From contig VDMG01000310.1 of NCBI GenBank assembly GCA_006514895.1, forward strand, positions 1 to 46,547: a stretch of 46,547 nt of DNA. The letters run 5' to 3'. A program made the position numbers and the translations under genes. Origin of the DNA: Beijerinckiaceae bacterium (lineage in GTDB: Bacteria > Pseudomonadota > Alphaproteobacteria > Rhizobiales > Beijerinckiaceae). Under the pieces are notes generated by a model. It was given only the letters and a program-made list of their open reading frames with translations, made no database searches and was not told the DNA's origin. This document shows positions 33,593 to 43,453 of the stretch, piece by piece. Within the stretch, counting starts at the first letter, position 1, and each line of letters starts with the position of its first letter.

Positions 33593-34579
33593 ATGTTGAG
33601 CTTTCATTCCGCCGCCGCCAAGGGAGAGATACCGGTGGCACCGGATGCCGAAACTATTCCGCCCGAGGTCAACTGGATCGACGCCGTGCGGCCGGACGCG
33701 CGGGAGATCGCTTTTTTGGAGCGCGCGCTCGGATTCGAGGTGCCAACGCTCGCATCCCTCTCCGAAATAGAAACGTCGAGCAGGCTGCGCACCGAGAAGG
33801 ATTGGCTCCATCTCAGCATTCCCATGATCCAGCGGGCGGAGGGTTTCCTGCCAGCATTGACGCCGCTCGGTTTCGCCTTGTCGAAGGACCTGCTTTTGAC
33901 CGTCCGTTTCGAGCATATGAAAGCCTTCGAGGATTGTAAGGACAATCTCTCCCGGCAGCCGTTGCAAGCCGGAGGCCCGGGCGCCTTGACCGCTATTGTG
34001 GACGTGATTGTCGATCACGCCGCCGACGTGCTGGAAGGTGCCGGTGGCGATCTCGATTGCCTGTCGGAGGGCATTTTCGGCACGAAGAACGCCAACGCGC
34101 GACGCCACAGGCCGCGCGAGGACGGCGATCAATTGCGCCTCGTGCTGCGCAATGTTGGACGCATCGGCGATCTCACATCGAAAATCGAAGACCATCTTCT
34201 TGGCGTGGCCCGCATGTTGCCCTATGTCGCGGCCAATGCCGCTCCCTATCTTACATCCGACATTCGCGCGAAACTCAAAAGCCTGCAACGCGACATCGCC
34301 TCCCTCAACGATTACGAGACGCATCTGACCGACAAGATTCAGTTCCTGCTCGATGCCACCTTGGGGCTGACAAACATCGAGCAGAACAATATTTTTAGAA
34401 TTCTGACCATCGTCTCCGTCGTCGGCATTCCGCCAACATTCTTCGCGAGCATGTGGGGCATGAACTTCAAGAACATTCACGAATATGACTGGACTTATGG
34501 CTATGAATTTGGGCTCTTCGTCATTGCTGTGAGCGCGATCATCCCGATCATATGGTTCAAATGGCGCGGCTGGTGGTAG
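33593..34579 (+). CDS. corA: CorA family magnesium transporter
   Basis: EIETSSRL, FLLDATLG..NIEQN, PPT..AS.WGMNF, two C-terminal TM helices. Confidence 0.92.
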   Translation: MLSFHSAAAKGEIPVAPDAETIPPEVNWIDAVRPDAREIAFLERALGFEVPTLASLSEIETSSRLRTEKDWLHLSIPMIQRAEGFLPALTPLGFALSKDLLLTVRFEHMKAFEDCKDNLSRQPLQAGGPGALTAIVDVIVDHAADVLEGAGGDLDCLSEGIFGTKNANARRHRPREDGDQLRLVLRNVGRIGDLTSKIEDHLLGVARMLPYVAANAAPYLTSDIRAKLKSLQRDIASLNDYETHLTDKIQFLLDATLGLTNIEQNNIFRILTIVSVVGIPPTFFASMWGMNFKNIHEYDWTYGYEFGLFVIAVSAIIPIIWFKWRGWW

Positions 34580-34609
34580 AACGTGGTCCGGCCATGGCCG
34601 GGGGCCTAC

Positions 34610-35287
34610 ATGAGCGAAGAAGAATTGCTCGCGAGGTTGCTTTATCGCGACGGGATGATGCTCGTCATCGACAAGCTAGCCGGAATCGCGGTTCATCGCG
34701 GCCCCAAAGGCGGTGAAAATCTTGAGGATTATTTCCATGCCCTGCGCTTCGGTCTGCCGCGCAACCCCGCCCTGGCGCACAGGCTCGATCGCGATACATC
34801 CGGATGCTTGGTGCTCGGGCGCCACCACAAGGCGCTCGAAAAGCTTGGCCTTCTGTTCAAGCAGGGCAGGGTCGAAAAGACCTATTGGGCCATCGTCGAA
34901 GGGGAGCCCGCGCAAGACGAAGGCTTGATCGATCTGCCGCTCGGGCGCCTCGATGCCGGCCGCGGCTGGCGGATGAAACCCGATCCTTCCGGAGCACCCG
35001 CAAAAACTCTTTGGCGGGTCATTTACCACGCGGGCGGACGAGCGCTTCTGGAACTCAAACCGCTGACCGGGCGCACGCATCAATTGCGGGTTCATTGCGC
35101 GGCGCAAGGCTTTCCCATCCTCGGAGACGACGTCTATGGGCAGGGCGGGGCGATGGGGTTGCAGCTCCATGCCCGTGCGATCACAATTCCTCTATATAAA
35201 AACAAGGAGGCGGTCAGGATCGAAGCACCGGTGCCTTCGCATATGCGCGAGGCGTTGGCGGCATGCATGCCAGGGGAGACCGTCTAA
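34610..35287 (+). CDS. RluA family pseudouridine synthase
   Basis: HRLDRDTSG, TGRTHQLRVH, PILGD..YG, LQLHA. Confidence 0.93.
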   Translation: MSEEELLARLLYRDGMMLVIDKLAGIAVHRGPKGGENLEDYFHALRFGLPRNPALAHRLDRDTSGCLVLGRHHKALEKLGLLFKQGRVEKTYWAIVEGEPAQDEGLIDLPLGRLDAGRGWRMKPDPSGAPAKTLWRVIYHAGGRALLELKPLTGRTHQLRVHCAAQGFPILGDDVYGQGGAMGLQLHARAITIPLYKNKEAVRIEAPVPSHMREALAACMPGETV

Positions 35288-35299
35288 ACCGATGCAGTC

Positions 35300-36334
35300 T
35301 CAATTCCCCATATATTGGCGCAAGCTCGCCTCGAGCGCGGATTTGTCCGCCGCCGAAAGCTTGGCCAATTCGCCGTCGAGCCAGGCGTCCTTGACGCCAG
35401 CGGCACTTGCGAGAAGATGCCATTTCATCGCTTCGACCATATCCTTTGGCAATCCGCGCCCGGCCGCCAGAATGCGAGCGACGCGGTTTTGCGCGACGGG
35501 ATTGTTGCGCACCGCCGCCTTGAGAAAGAGCTTTGCCGCCGCCGTCTCGTCCTTGTCGACGCCTATTCCGTTGAACAGCATGATCGCATATTCGACTTCT
35601 GCCGGAACATTATCGTCCTTCGCGGCGCGGCCAATCCAAAGCGCCGCTTCCTGGTCGCTTTTTTCAACGCCGGTGCCATTCCGGTAAAGCAGGCCCAACG
35701 CATAGGCGGCATCGGAATAGCCGAGTTCCGCGGCTTGCCTGAAGAGCCCAGCGGCCCTGGGAAAATCCGCGGTAACGCCGTTATTTTCGATCGCGAGCAT
35801 ACCGAGATTGTAGAGCGCGCCTGGGTGATTTTGTGCGGCCGCTTTTTCGAACAGCGCCGCCGCGCCGGCGCGATCTTGCGGGACGCCCACGCCTTTGAGT
35901 TCGGCGACCCCCAGCGCGAAAATCGCCTGGCGGTCGCCATTGCCGGCCGCGAGCTTATACCAGCAGGCGGCTTCCGCGGCGTCGCGCTTAACGCCCAGTC
36001 CCTGCGCATAAAGCTCGCCAATAAGGGTCATCGCGGGACCGTCGCCGGAATCGGCCTCGATTCGCTTCATCGCTTCCCGCATTGCGGTGACATAATAGCC
36101 GCGCTGATAGGCCGCATATGCGAGATCGGGCGCGCCGCCAAGCCGCGCGGGAGCCGGCAATGAGTCCGTTTCCGGTGGCCGATTGGACGCCGTTCCGGGA
36201 GGTGTTGCGGCCGATTGCTGAAGGGCCGGGGCAGTCGCGGCATGCGCGGGTAACGTGCTCCCCTGGACAACCAGCCATGCGAGCGCCAAGCCGGCGCGGA
36301 GCCGCAAAACGCTGCCGCCAAGGCTAAAGGTCAT
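35300..36334 (-). CDS. Secreted Sel1-repeat protein
   Basis: Signal-peptide-like N-terminus and several A...LG..Y..G.GV..D...A..W...AA repeats. Confidence 0.9.
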   Translation of the reverse strand: MTFSLGGSVLRLRAGLALAWLVVQGSTLPAHAATAPALQQSAATPPGTASNRPPETDSLPAPARLGGAPDLAYAAYQRGYYVTAMREAMKRIEADSGDGPAMTLIGELYAQGLGVKRDAAEAACWYKLAAGNGDRQAIFALGVAELKGVGVPQDRAGAAALFEKAAAQNHPGALYNLGMLAIENNGVTADFPRAAGLFRQAAELGYSDAAYALGLLYRNGTGVEKSDQEAALWIGRAAKDDNVPAEVEYAIMLFNGIGVDKDETAAAKLFLKAAVRNNPVAQNRVARILAAGRGLPKDMVEAMKWHLLASAAGVKDAWLDGELAKLSAADKSALEASLRQYMGN

Positions 36335-36954
36335 TGGATCGTTTCCGGCATGGACGCGATACGGAAGGCATCGCGCAACGCCGCTCCGGCGCCACGAGGA
36401 TCGGCGAAGAAAGCGTCGCCAAGTGCGATGAAATCGGCTCCGGCGCGGACAAGATCGCCGATCGCGCCAAGATCATGCGCGTAACCGACGCAAGGAACGT
36501 TGAAGATTTCCGCCCACCAGGCCACGCGCTCGACAATCCAAGCATGTGGCTCCCCACTGGCGGATCCGCCAAACATCAAGTAATCGGCGCCCGCCTCGCC
36601 AGCGATCATGGCCGCGTCCCGAGTCTTCAATCCTCCAACACCGACGATGCGGCCTGGCTGCAAGGAACGCAAGGCGGACAGCAGCTCTGGTCCCGCGCCT
36701 TCGATGTGGACGCCGTCTGCATTGGCGCGGGCCGCCAATTGAGGATCGTCCGCAACAAGGCAAGCAACGCCATGTTTTTGCAAAACGGGGGCGAGCGCAC
36801 GCACGATCTGTTCCTTGGCGCCTTCATCGTCAGCGGCGATTCGCAAAAGCACGCAAGCCAAGTCGCAAGTCGCAATCGCCGCATTGAGAAGGGGCGGATA
36901 AGCGGCCCAATCGGAAATCGGCGGCGTGATCAAATAAAGTCGAGGCGCGTCCAT
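36331..36954 (-). CDS. Thiamine-phosphate synthase-like protein (ThiE/TenI family)
   Basis: PRLYLITP, ADGVH, DAAMIAGEAGADYLMFG, WWAEIF.VPCV, GADFIALG. Confidence 0.85.
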   Translation of the reverse strand: MDAPRLYLITPPISDWAAYPPLLNAAIATCDLACVLLRIAADDEGAKEQIVRALAPVLQKHGVACLVADDPQLAARANADGVHIEGAGPELLSALRSLQPGRIVGVGGLKTRDAAMIAGEAGADYLMFGGSASGEPHAWIVERVAWWAEIFNVPCVGYAHDLGAIGDLVRAGADFIALGDAFFADPRGAGAALRDAFRIASMPETIQ

Positions 36955-37250
36955 TGGCAAGGCCCTAAGCCGCTCCAGCCGAAATTACTTGTGCAATCTT
37001 ATTGGAATTTGCGACAGATTTAAGCCTGAAACGAGAAAACCTTCTGGGGCGCGAGGTGGCCCGCGCAGCCGAGCTAACCGGCTTTGTCGAGCCGGAAGAC
37101 AAGGCGAGGCATCGACAGTAGTCCGGCGCGGCGCTGCCCCTTCGAGAGAATATTGACGGTGACGCAGAAATCACATCGCTCATTTGCAGCCGCCGGCCCG
37201 ATCTGATAAAATTATTTACTTCAAACCGGCATGGTCAAAGGAGGAAGGTC

Positions 37251-37475
37251 ATGTGTGGAAATTGTGAAGGTCAACCGGGATGTAGCTGTGGTTTAACCGC
37301 AGGTGCCCCACCTTGGGAGGTCGATACGTCGGGTGATGGATATTGTGGGCGATGCGGGCATTGGCGAGCTGGCTTGGTGCGTAACTCGAACCAAGAAGAT
37401 GCCGATCTATCAACATCTCTCTCTCAATGCCAATCGCACCTGTCTTGCCAATCGCACCCGCCGCTCGGTAGCTAG
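37251..37475 (+). CDS. Small Cys-rich hypothetical protein, possibly the N-terminal part of a frameshifted gene
   Basis: AAAGGAGGAAGG RBS just before ATG; CxxC, CxC and CxxCxH motifs. Confidence 0.5.
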   Translation: MCGNCEGQPGCSCGLTAGAPPWEVDTSGDGYCGRCGHWRAGLVRNSNQEDADLSTSLSQCQSHLSCQSHPPLGS

Positions 37476-37992
37476 CTCTCAACGCTCTTCTGCGAGCGAG
37501 CTAAAGCGCATCTTTGAACGGAAAGACTGCATTCGCGTCGTGTATTTTGAAGACGTCCGGCGCGCGACAGGAATCGGGATGAAGCAGTTTGGCACGCACT
37601 TGCCGGTGTTGAGTCGAACAAAAGTGTTATTGCTAATAGGGCAAGTTCGTCGTGTATTGGATGCGAACACCGGCGGGGCCTGGCAAGTAATTTCAGACGA
37701 ATTCTCGGCTCCTGACCCATCGTTTACAGCGAGGAGGAGCTATGCGCTGGGCAGCGACTATGGGCTGCTTCAGGTCATCTGCCAAGTGTTTACTACTTTA
37801 GCGCCGGACCTTTCTCTTTATGTTACATTCGAAGACGAAAAAGCTTGGCAAGCAGTAAACGAACAGCTCGCTGGATCGGCCATGCAGCAAGTGCACAATG
37901 CGGTAAGTTTGCTTTTTAAGCCGCCCGCGGGAATCAAAATGTGGCTTATGACGACTGGCGAATGGGTAACCGGTGTCTATTTTGACTCCTGA
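37303..37992 (+). CDS. Hypothetical protein, low GC
   Basis: 229-codon ORF; about 50% GC in the lines I counted versus roughly 60% or more in flanking genes; no family recognised; start uncertain. Confidence 0.55.
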   Translation: MPHLGRSIRRVMDIVGDAGIGELAWCVTRTKKMPIYQHLSLNANRTCLANRTRRSVASSQRSSASELKRIFERKDCIRVVYFEDVRRATGIGMKQFGTHLPVLSRTKVLLLIGQVRRVLDANTGGAWQVISDEFSAPDPSFTARRSYALGSDYGLLQVICQVFTTLAPDLSLYVTFEDEKAWQAVNEQLAGSAMQQVHNAVSLLFKPPAGIKMWLMTTGEWVTGVYFDS

Positions 37993-38146
37993 CGGTTTTA
38001 TGGGAAGTCAGCGATATAAAGCATTTCGTACACTTGGCCATAAACCATTCGTCAATTAGCGAAACCTCAATCAACATCCCTTTCTCCCGTCCGCTTGTCG
38101 CGAAGCTTCATCCGTGTTACCCGCCAGCCGCAGGAGATTTTTTCAG

Positions 38147-38635
38147 ATGGCTGACGGACACGGAAACGGCAACGGCTCTCAGGCCGACATGGCGCCTTCG
38201 ATCAATGCGATGGTGCAATATACCAAGGATTTTTCATTCGAGAATCCGAATGCGCCGCGCTCGCTGGGGCCGCAAGAGAAGCCGCCGAATATTTCGATCC
38301 AGGTCAATGTCAATGCGCGGCAAGTCGCGGAAACCGACTTCGAGGTGAATATCCTGTTGGAAGGATCGGCTGGCGAAGGTGCGGGTCTTTTGTTCAAGTT
38401 CGAGCTTGACTACGCGGGCCTGTTTCGGCTGCGCAACATTGCGCCAAATGACATGCATCCGGTCGTCATGATCGAGTGCCCCCGCCTGCTGTTCCCCTTC
38501 GCGCGCCAGATCATCGCCGACGCCGTTCGCGGGGGTGGCTTTCCGCCACTGTACATCGATCCGATCGATTTCGCGGCGCTTTACCGCAAGCGTCTCAGCG
38601 ACTCCGCCGCCGCGGAGCCGCCCGCGGCAAGTTGA
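38147..38635 (+). CDS. secB: Protein export chaperone SecB
   Basis: QYTKDFSFENPNAP, IECPRLLFPFARQII, GGFPPLYIDPIDF; AGGAG RBS. Confidence 0.96.
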   Translation: MADGHGNGNGSQADMAPSINAMVQYTKDFSFENPNAPRSLGPQEKPPNISIQVNVNARQVAETDFEVNILLEGSAGEGAGLLFKFELDYAGLFRLRNIAPNDMHPVVMIECPRLLFPFARQIIADAVRGGGFPPLYIDPIDFAALYRKRLSDSAAAEPPAAS

Positions 38636-38649
38636 ACTTCGCCGCAACG

Positions 38650-38720
38650 CGCAAAAATGACTCCAAAAAGTTACGGACTTTTTGGACAGGATCATTCAAC
38701 AAAACGAAAGTGATATTTCT
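38650..38720. repeat. Degenerate palindromic repeat
   Basis: ATGACTCCAAAAAGTTACGGACTTTTTGGACAGGATCAT...AAAACGAAAG, same family as 23537-23602. Confidence 0.75.
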
Positions 38721-39484
38721 CAACTCTGCCCGAAGCGAAGCAGGCTGGAGCCATGCGCCTTGAGCCAGGCCTCCGCGCGCGCCGTATCCGCCGTCAAGCG
38801 CGCGACGGTGGCCCAAAATTTGGCGGAATGGTTCATGTGCAAGAGATGCGCGGCTTCATGCGCCGCGAGGTAATCGAGGACGAAATGAGGCGCCAGGATA
38901 AGGCGCCAGGAAAAGCTGAGAGCGCCCGATGAGGAGCAAGACCCCCACCGGCTCGTGGTATCCCGCAAGGTGATCTTGCGGGGCGCTACGCCAAGTTTCT
39001 TGGTGTGGCTTTCAACCGCGGCCTTGATGTCACGCAAGGCCTCCTTGATCAGGAAGTCGCGGACCCGGCGAGGCACGAAGGGCGCCTCCGCGTTCACGCA
39101 AAGCAAGGGCGTGCTTCCTTTGCTTGGCCCGCCATCTTCAAGCCAGACCCCCCGGCGCGTTGCGGGGCAAAGGGTAATCTGGTGCAGGGTTCCGCGCAAC
39201 GGAACCAATCCACCCGGCTGGAGCGGGATTTTTTCCGGAAGCAGGCGCAATTTCGCGCCGATCCAGGCGGCGTGCCGGCTCGCGAAGGATTTCGCCTCGC
39301 TCAGGCTTCCGCGCGCGGGCATTGTCAAAACCACGTCCTGCGCCGCCGCTCGGACGCGCAACGTAAAGCGGCGCGCCGAGGCACTGCGCCGTAAATTGAT
39401 TCGATAGATATCGCCCGCGTGGGAAACATCGATTGAGGTGATACCGGAAACGCGGGGTGCGCTTTTTCGCGGGGAATGCGGCAT
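38720..39484 (-). CDS. M48/YgjP (DUF45) family metal-dependent hydrolase
   Basis: RDTTSRWGSCS..G.LSFSWRLILAP..VLDYLAAHEAAHL.HMNHS..FW (HExxH). Confidence 0.9.
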   Translation of the reverse strand: MPHSPRKSAPRVSGITSIDVSHAGDIYRINLRRSASARRFTLRVRAAAQDVVLTMPARGSLSEAKSFASRHAAWIGAKLRLLPEKIPLQPGGLVPLRGTLHQITLCPATRRGVWLEDGGPSKGSTPLLCVNAEAPFVPRRVRDFLIKEALRDIKAAVESHTKKLGVAPRKITLRDTTSRWGSCSSSGALSFSWRLILAPHFVLDYLAAHEAAHLLHMNHSAKFWATVARLTADTARAEAWLKAHGSSLLRFGQS

Positions 39485-39516
39485 GGACTCAGAATAGCGA
39501 GAGACCCGCTGAGTCG

Positions 39517-39587
39517 CTAGTGCTCGATCTTAAAAAAAGCTGCGGCGTTTCTGGATGAGATCCCGTGGCAAAACGCACTTGTCCAGC
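39517..39587. repeat. Highly degenerate palindromic repeat
   Basis: CTAGTGCTCGATCTTAAAAAAAGCTGCGGCGTTTCTGGATGAGATC...CAAAAC aligns loosely with the 7682-7728 and 38650 copies. Confidence 0.5.
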
Positions 39588-39720
39588 GGCGCCATTAAGG
39601 TTTCCACGATAGCCAGCCATTCTCTTGGGACCCCGCGGAACGAGCGCGACGATCACCCCCTTACCTGAGTTTATCGAAGAAGGAGATGCAGCCGTCGTGC
39701 CGGCTTCGGGTGAGGCAATC

Positions 39721-41643
39721 TCAAATCGACCAGTCGTCGCCGAGGTCGTCGATATGGTCGATGAGGCCGCGCGCGGTGAGCAGCGCGACGATCCGCGCCG
39801 CCGCCTGCTCGGCCGTTTGCTTGTCGCGGGCGACGATCAGCTCGGGCGCCTCCGGCGGCTCGTAGCTCTGATCGATGCCAGTGAAATTCTTGATCTCTCC
39901 GGCGATCGCTCGTCTGTACAGCCCCTTGGGATCGCGCGCGATGCACTCCTCAAGCGGCGTATCGACGAAAATCTCGATGAATTCATTCTCGCCAAGCAAT
40001 TCGCGCACCATGATCCGCTCGGGCCGAAAAGGCGAGATGAAGGAGCAAAGCGTAATGAGCCCGGCCTCCGTCATGAGCTTTGCGACTTCGCCAATGCGGC
40101 GGATGTTTTCAACCCTGTCGGCTTCGGTAAAGCCCAAATCCTTGTTGAGCCCGTGCCGCACATTGTCGCCGTCGAGCAGGATGGTATGGACGCCATGGGC
40201 GTAAAGCCGGGTTTCGACAAGATTGGCGATCGTCGATTTGCCCGAGCCGGAAAGGCCAGTGAACCACAGCACGGCGGGTTTGTGATGCTTGATGCGGGAA
40301 CGGTCCTGCTTATCGACGCTGAGGCCCTGGAGATGAATATTGGCTGCCCGGCGCAGCCCATGCGCGATCAACCCCGCCGCCGCCGTGGCGTTGGTCGCAC
40401 GGTCGATCAGAATGAAAGCACCGGTCGTATGGTTTGCCTTGTAGGGGTCGAAGGCGAGGGGCGCGGTCGTGGCGAGATTGCAGACGCCAACCTCGTTCAG
40501 ACTCAAGGTTTTCGCCGGAAGTTCGCCGAGCGTATTGACGTCCAGACGATGCTTGAGTTCGGTCACCGTCGCGGGAATGGTCCTCGTGTCCGCTTTCATA
40601 AGATAAGAGCGGCCAGGCAACAGCCTATCCTCGCTCATCCAGATGAGATGCGCGGCGAACTGGCCGGAAACCTCGGGCCGGTTCTTCGGGTCGCACAAAA
40701 TATCGCCGCGCGCGATATCGAGCTCATCGGTCAGTGTTAAAGTGACGGCATCGCCCGCCGCCGCGCTCGCAAGGTCGCCATCGGCGGTGACAATGCGCGC
40801 GACCTTCGTGAGACGCCCGGAACCGGCAACCACGATTTCGTCGCCGGGGCGTATGGTTCCACTCGCGACGGTTCCGGAAAATCCACGAAAGTCGAGATGC
40901 GGGCGATTGACCCATTGGACGGCGAAGCGGAACGGCCGGCCGCCGCCGTCTTCCGCGACATCGATGGTTTCGAGATAATCGATCAGTGATGGACCGTCAT
41001 ACCAAAGCGTATTGGCGCTCTTTTTTGAAATATTGTCGCCATGGCGAGCTGACACTGGAATGGCCGTAACCGTCTTGAAATCGAGCGCGGCGGCGAACGA
41101 CTTAAAATCAGCCGTGATCTTTTCGAACCCCGCCCGGCCGAAGGAGGTCAAATCGATTTTGTTGACGGCAAGCACCACATGTTTGATGCCGGTCAGCGAA
41201 ACGATCGCGGCGTGGCGGCAGGTCTGGGTCAACAGGCCCTTGCGCGCATCGACAAGCAGAATCGCGAGATCGGCGCCGGACGCGCCGGTTGCCATGTTGC
41301 GGGTATATTGCTCATGGCCGGGCGTGTCGGCGATGATGAACGAGCGCCTCGGGGTTGAGACATAGCGATAGGCGACATCGATCGTGATCCCTTGTTCGCG
41401 CTCGGCTTCGAGCCCATCCACGAGAAGTGAGAAGTCGATGTTGTCACCATCGGTTCCGTGCCGGCGCGAATCACGCTCCAGTGCCGCCAGCTGATCGTCG
41501 AGGATGAGGCTCTGCTCATAGAGCAGGCGGCCGATGAGCGTGGACTTCCCGTCGTCGACCGAGCCGCAGGTGAGCAATCTGAGGGCCGGAAGCGCGGGCG
41601 TATTTCTAAACGGAAGCGGATCCGCTTGCAGGGCGCCAGGCAT
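39721..41643 (-). CDS. cysNC: Bifunctional sulfate adenylyltransferase subunit 1 / APS kinase (CysN/CysC, NodQ-like)
   Basis: [25 protein letters not shown] GTPase motifs; C-terminal [26 protein letters not shown]. Confidence 0.96.
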   Translation of the reverse strand: MPGALQADPLPFRNTPALPALRLLTCGSVDDGKSTLIGRLLYEQSLILDDQLAALERDSRRHGTDGDNIDFSLLVDGLEAEREQGITIDVAYRYVSTPRRSFIIADTPGHEQYTRNMATGASGADLAILLVDARKGLLTQTCRHAAIVSLTGIKHVVLAVNKIDLTSFGRAGFEKITADFKSFAAALDFKTVTAIPVSARHGDNISKKSANTLWYDGPSLIDYLETIDVAEDGGGRPFRFAVQWVNRPHLDFRGFSGTVASGTIRPGDEIVVAGSGRLTKVARIVTADGDLASAAAGDAVTLTLTDELDIARGDILCDPKNRPEVSGQFAAHLIWMSEDRLLPGRSYLMKADTRTIPATVTELKHRLDVNTLGELPAKTLSLNEVGVCNLATTAPLAFDPYKANHTTGAFILIDRATNATAAAGLIAHGLRRAANIHLQGLSVDKQDRSRIKHHKPAVLWFTGLSGSGKSTIANLVETRLYAHGVHTILLDGDNVRHGLNKDLGFTEADRVENIRRIGEVAKLMTEAGLITLCSFISPFRPERIMVRELLGENEFIEIFVDTPLEECIARDPKGLYRRAIAGEIKNFTGIDQSYEPPEAPELIVARDKQTAEQAAARIVALLTARGLIDHIDDLGDDWSI

Positions 41644-42551
41644 CAGAAATAGCCCTCGCGTTTCTTCTTTTCCATAGAGCCGGATTCGTCGTGGTCGATC
41701 AAACGGCCTTCCCGCTCCGATGTCGTCGAAGCGCGCATTTCGGCGATCAAGTCGGGCAGGCTCGCGGCTTGCGAGCGGATCGCCCCGGTCAAGGGATAAC
41801 AGCCGAGCGTGCGGAAGCGGATACTTTCCATGCGCGGGATTTCACCTGGAGCCAAGGGGAGTCTGTCATCATCGACCATGATGAGAGCGCCATCGCGCTC
41901 GACGACGGGACGTGCCTTGGCAAGATAAAGCGGCACGACGGGAATATCCTCGGCCAGGATATAGTCCCAGACGTCGAGCTCGGTCCAGTTGGACAAGGGA
42001 AACACACGCATCGATTCACCCTGCTTGATCCTTGTATTGAACAGCTGCCAGAGTTCAGGCCGCTGATTGCGCGGATCCCAGGCATGAGCGGCGGAGCGGT
42101 GCGAGAAGATCCGTTCCTTGGCCCGGCTCTTTTCCTCGTCGCGCCTGGCGCCGCCAAAAGCAGCGTCGAAACGCCAAAGATCCAGCGCCTGGCGCAGCGC
42201 TTCGGTCTTCATCACCTGCGTGTGGACCAACGAGCCCGAGGCGACCGGTGAAATGCCGCGCGCCACGCCATCCTTGTTGATGTGCACGAGAAGCTCCATC
42301 CCAACCCTTTTCGCGGCTTCATCGCGAAAGGCGATCATTTCCCGAAATTTCCAAGTGGTATCCACATGGAGCAGCGGAAACGGCGGCTTGCCCGGAAAAA
42401 AGGCCTTTTGCGCCAAGTGCAGCATCACGCTCGAATCCTTGCCAATGGAATAGAGCATGACGGGACGCGCGAACTCCGCCGCCACCTCGCGCAGGATAAA
42501 GATCGACTCCGATTCGAGCCGCCGCAGGTGAGGGGAGAGGGTGTTTTTCAC
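41643..42551 (-). CDS. cysD: Sulfate adenylyltransferase subunit 2
   Basis: [40 protein letters not shown]. Confidence 0.97.
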   Translation of the reverse strand: MKNTLSPHLRRLESESIFILREVAAEFARPVMLYSIGKDSSVMLHLAQKAFFPGKPPFPLLHVDTTWKFREMIAFRDEAAKRVGMELLVHINKDGVARGISPVASGSLVHTQVMKTEALRQALDLWRFDAAFGGARRDEEKSRAKERIFSHRSAAHAWDPRNQRPELWQLFNTRIKQGESMRVFPLSNWTELDVWDYILAEDIPVVPLYLAKARPVVERDGALIMVDDDRLPLAPGEIPRMESIRFRTLGCYPLTGAIRSQAASLPDLIAEMRASTTSEREGRLIDHDESGSMEKKKREGYF

Positions 42552-42682
42552 GCAATTACTCTGTTATATCTCTAATTTCACGAGGATTCGGACGTTATTA
42601 TTCCACCGGCTGAGCTTTTGCAACGTGTCCCAGCGCTGCGGCGTTCGACCCCGATCGCTTAAAGGGGAAGTGCCAGTGGTCT

Positions 42683-42836
42683 TTATCTCTTTGTTTTGTC
42701 GCATGATCTTATCCAAAAAGTCTGCAACCTTTCCGAAGATTATGCTTTAGAGCGCTCCCTGAAAGCAGCTCTAGATCTTTGTTTTATCGCATTTCTTGAC
42801 GCGAACCGGTATCCGCTTCGCTTGAAAATGCTCTAG
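42683..42836. repeat. Three abutting palindromic repeat units (Bru-RS/RIME-like)
   Basis: TTTGTTTTGTCGCATGATCTTATCCAAAAAGTCTGCAACC...ATGCTTTA; mini unit TAGAGC...GCTCTA (42748-42773); TAGATCTTTGTTTTATCGCATTTC...GAAAATGCTCTA. Confidence 0.85.
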
Positions 42837-43387
42837 AAGCAAAACCAAGGCTCGGGCGCGGGTTTGAGGCAGAGCGGGATGCCGGCGGCGACCAGAACGA
42901 CCGATTCGCAGACTTCCGCCAGCGCCTGATTGAGGAGACCTTGGGCATCCCTGAACGCGCGCGCTAGCGGATTTTTCGGGACAATTCCGCTCCCAACCTC
43001 GTTCGAGACGAAAATAACCGGACCGCCGAGCCCGGCGACGCTTTGCGCCAGATCGCGCGTTGCGGCCGCGACATCCGCATCTTGCAGGAAAAGCTTGCCG
43101 AGCCAAAGCGTCACGCAATCTACCACGACAATACGATCCGCGCGGGCCTCCCTCTGGAGGGCCACGGCAAGCGCGAGCGGTTCTTCCACAAGCGCCCAGC
43201 GCGCGTCCCGCGCGGCGGCGTGCCGGGCGATCCGCCCGGCCATCTCCGTATCCAGCGCCTCCGCCGTCGCGATCAAGACCGGATGGCGACCGGAGGCTTC
43301 GGCGAGGCTTTGCGCGTAGCGGCTTTTGCCCGACCGCGCGCCGCCAAGGACGAGAAGGCTGCCGACCGAATTTTTGGGGCCGCGCAT
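42833..43387 (-). CDS. cobU: Adenosylcobinamide kinase / cobinamide-phosphate guanylyltransferase (CobU/CobP)
   Basis: LGGARSGKSRYA, EM..RI.RH, VDCVTLW, SNEVG.GIVP, FRD..G.LNQ. Confidence 0.94.
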   Translation of the reverse strand: MRGPKNSVGSLLVLGGARSGKSRYAQSLAEASGRHPVLIATAEALDTEMAGRIARHAAARDARWALVEEPLALAVALQREARADRIVVVDCVTLWLGKLFLQDADVAAATRDLAQSVAGLGGPVIFVSNEVGSGIVPKNPLARAFRDAQGLLNQALAEVCESVVLVAAGIPLCLKPAPEPWFCF

Positions 43388-43453
43388 GAATTTTTTACTC
43401 GCGTGACAGAGACGTATCCTGCCGTTAATAAGCTGCTACAAAAATCCAAACCC

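Noticed and set aside
36955-37240. TPP riboswitch upstream of the thiE-like gene; also a short plus-strand frame ending at about 37120
   Set aside because: No CTGAGA/TPP core on the minus strand; the short frame has no clear RBS or motif
38040-38056. CtrA-like TAAA-N7-TCAA upstream of secB
   Set aside because: Two mismatches to TTAA-N7-TTAA; too weak to call without comparative data
42552-42680. SAM riboswitch before cysD or cobalamin riboswitch near cobU
   Set aside because: No conserved aptamer motifs recognised
42541-42750. Small ORFs containing ILSKKSATF-like text (also 23514-23702, 38234-38695, 38682-38873)
   Set aside because: Translations of the palindromic repeats rather than genes
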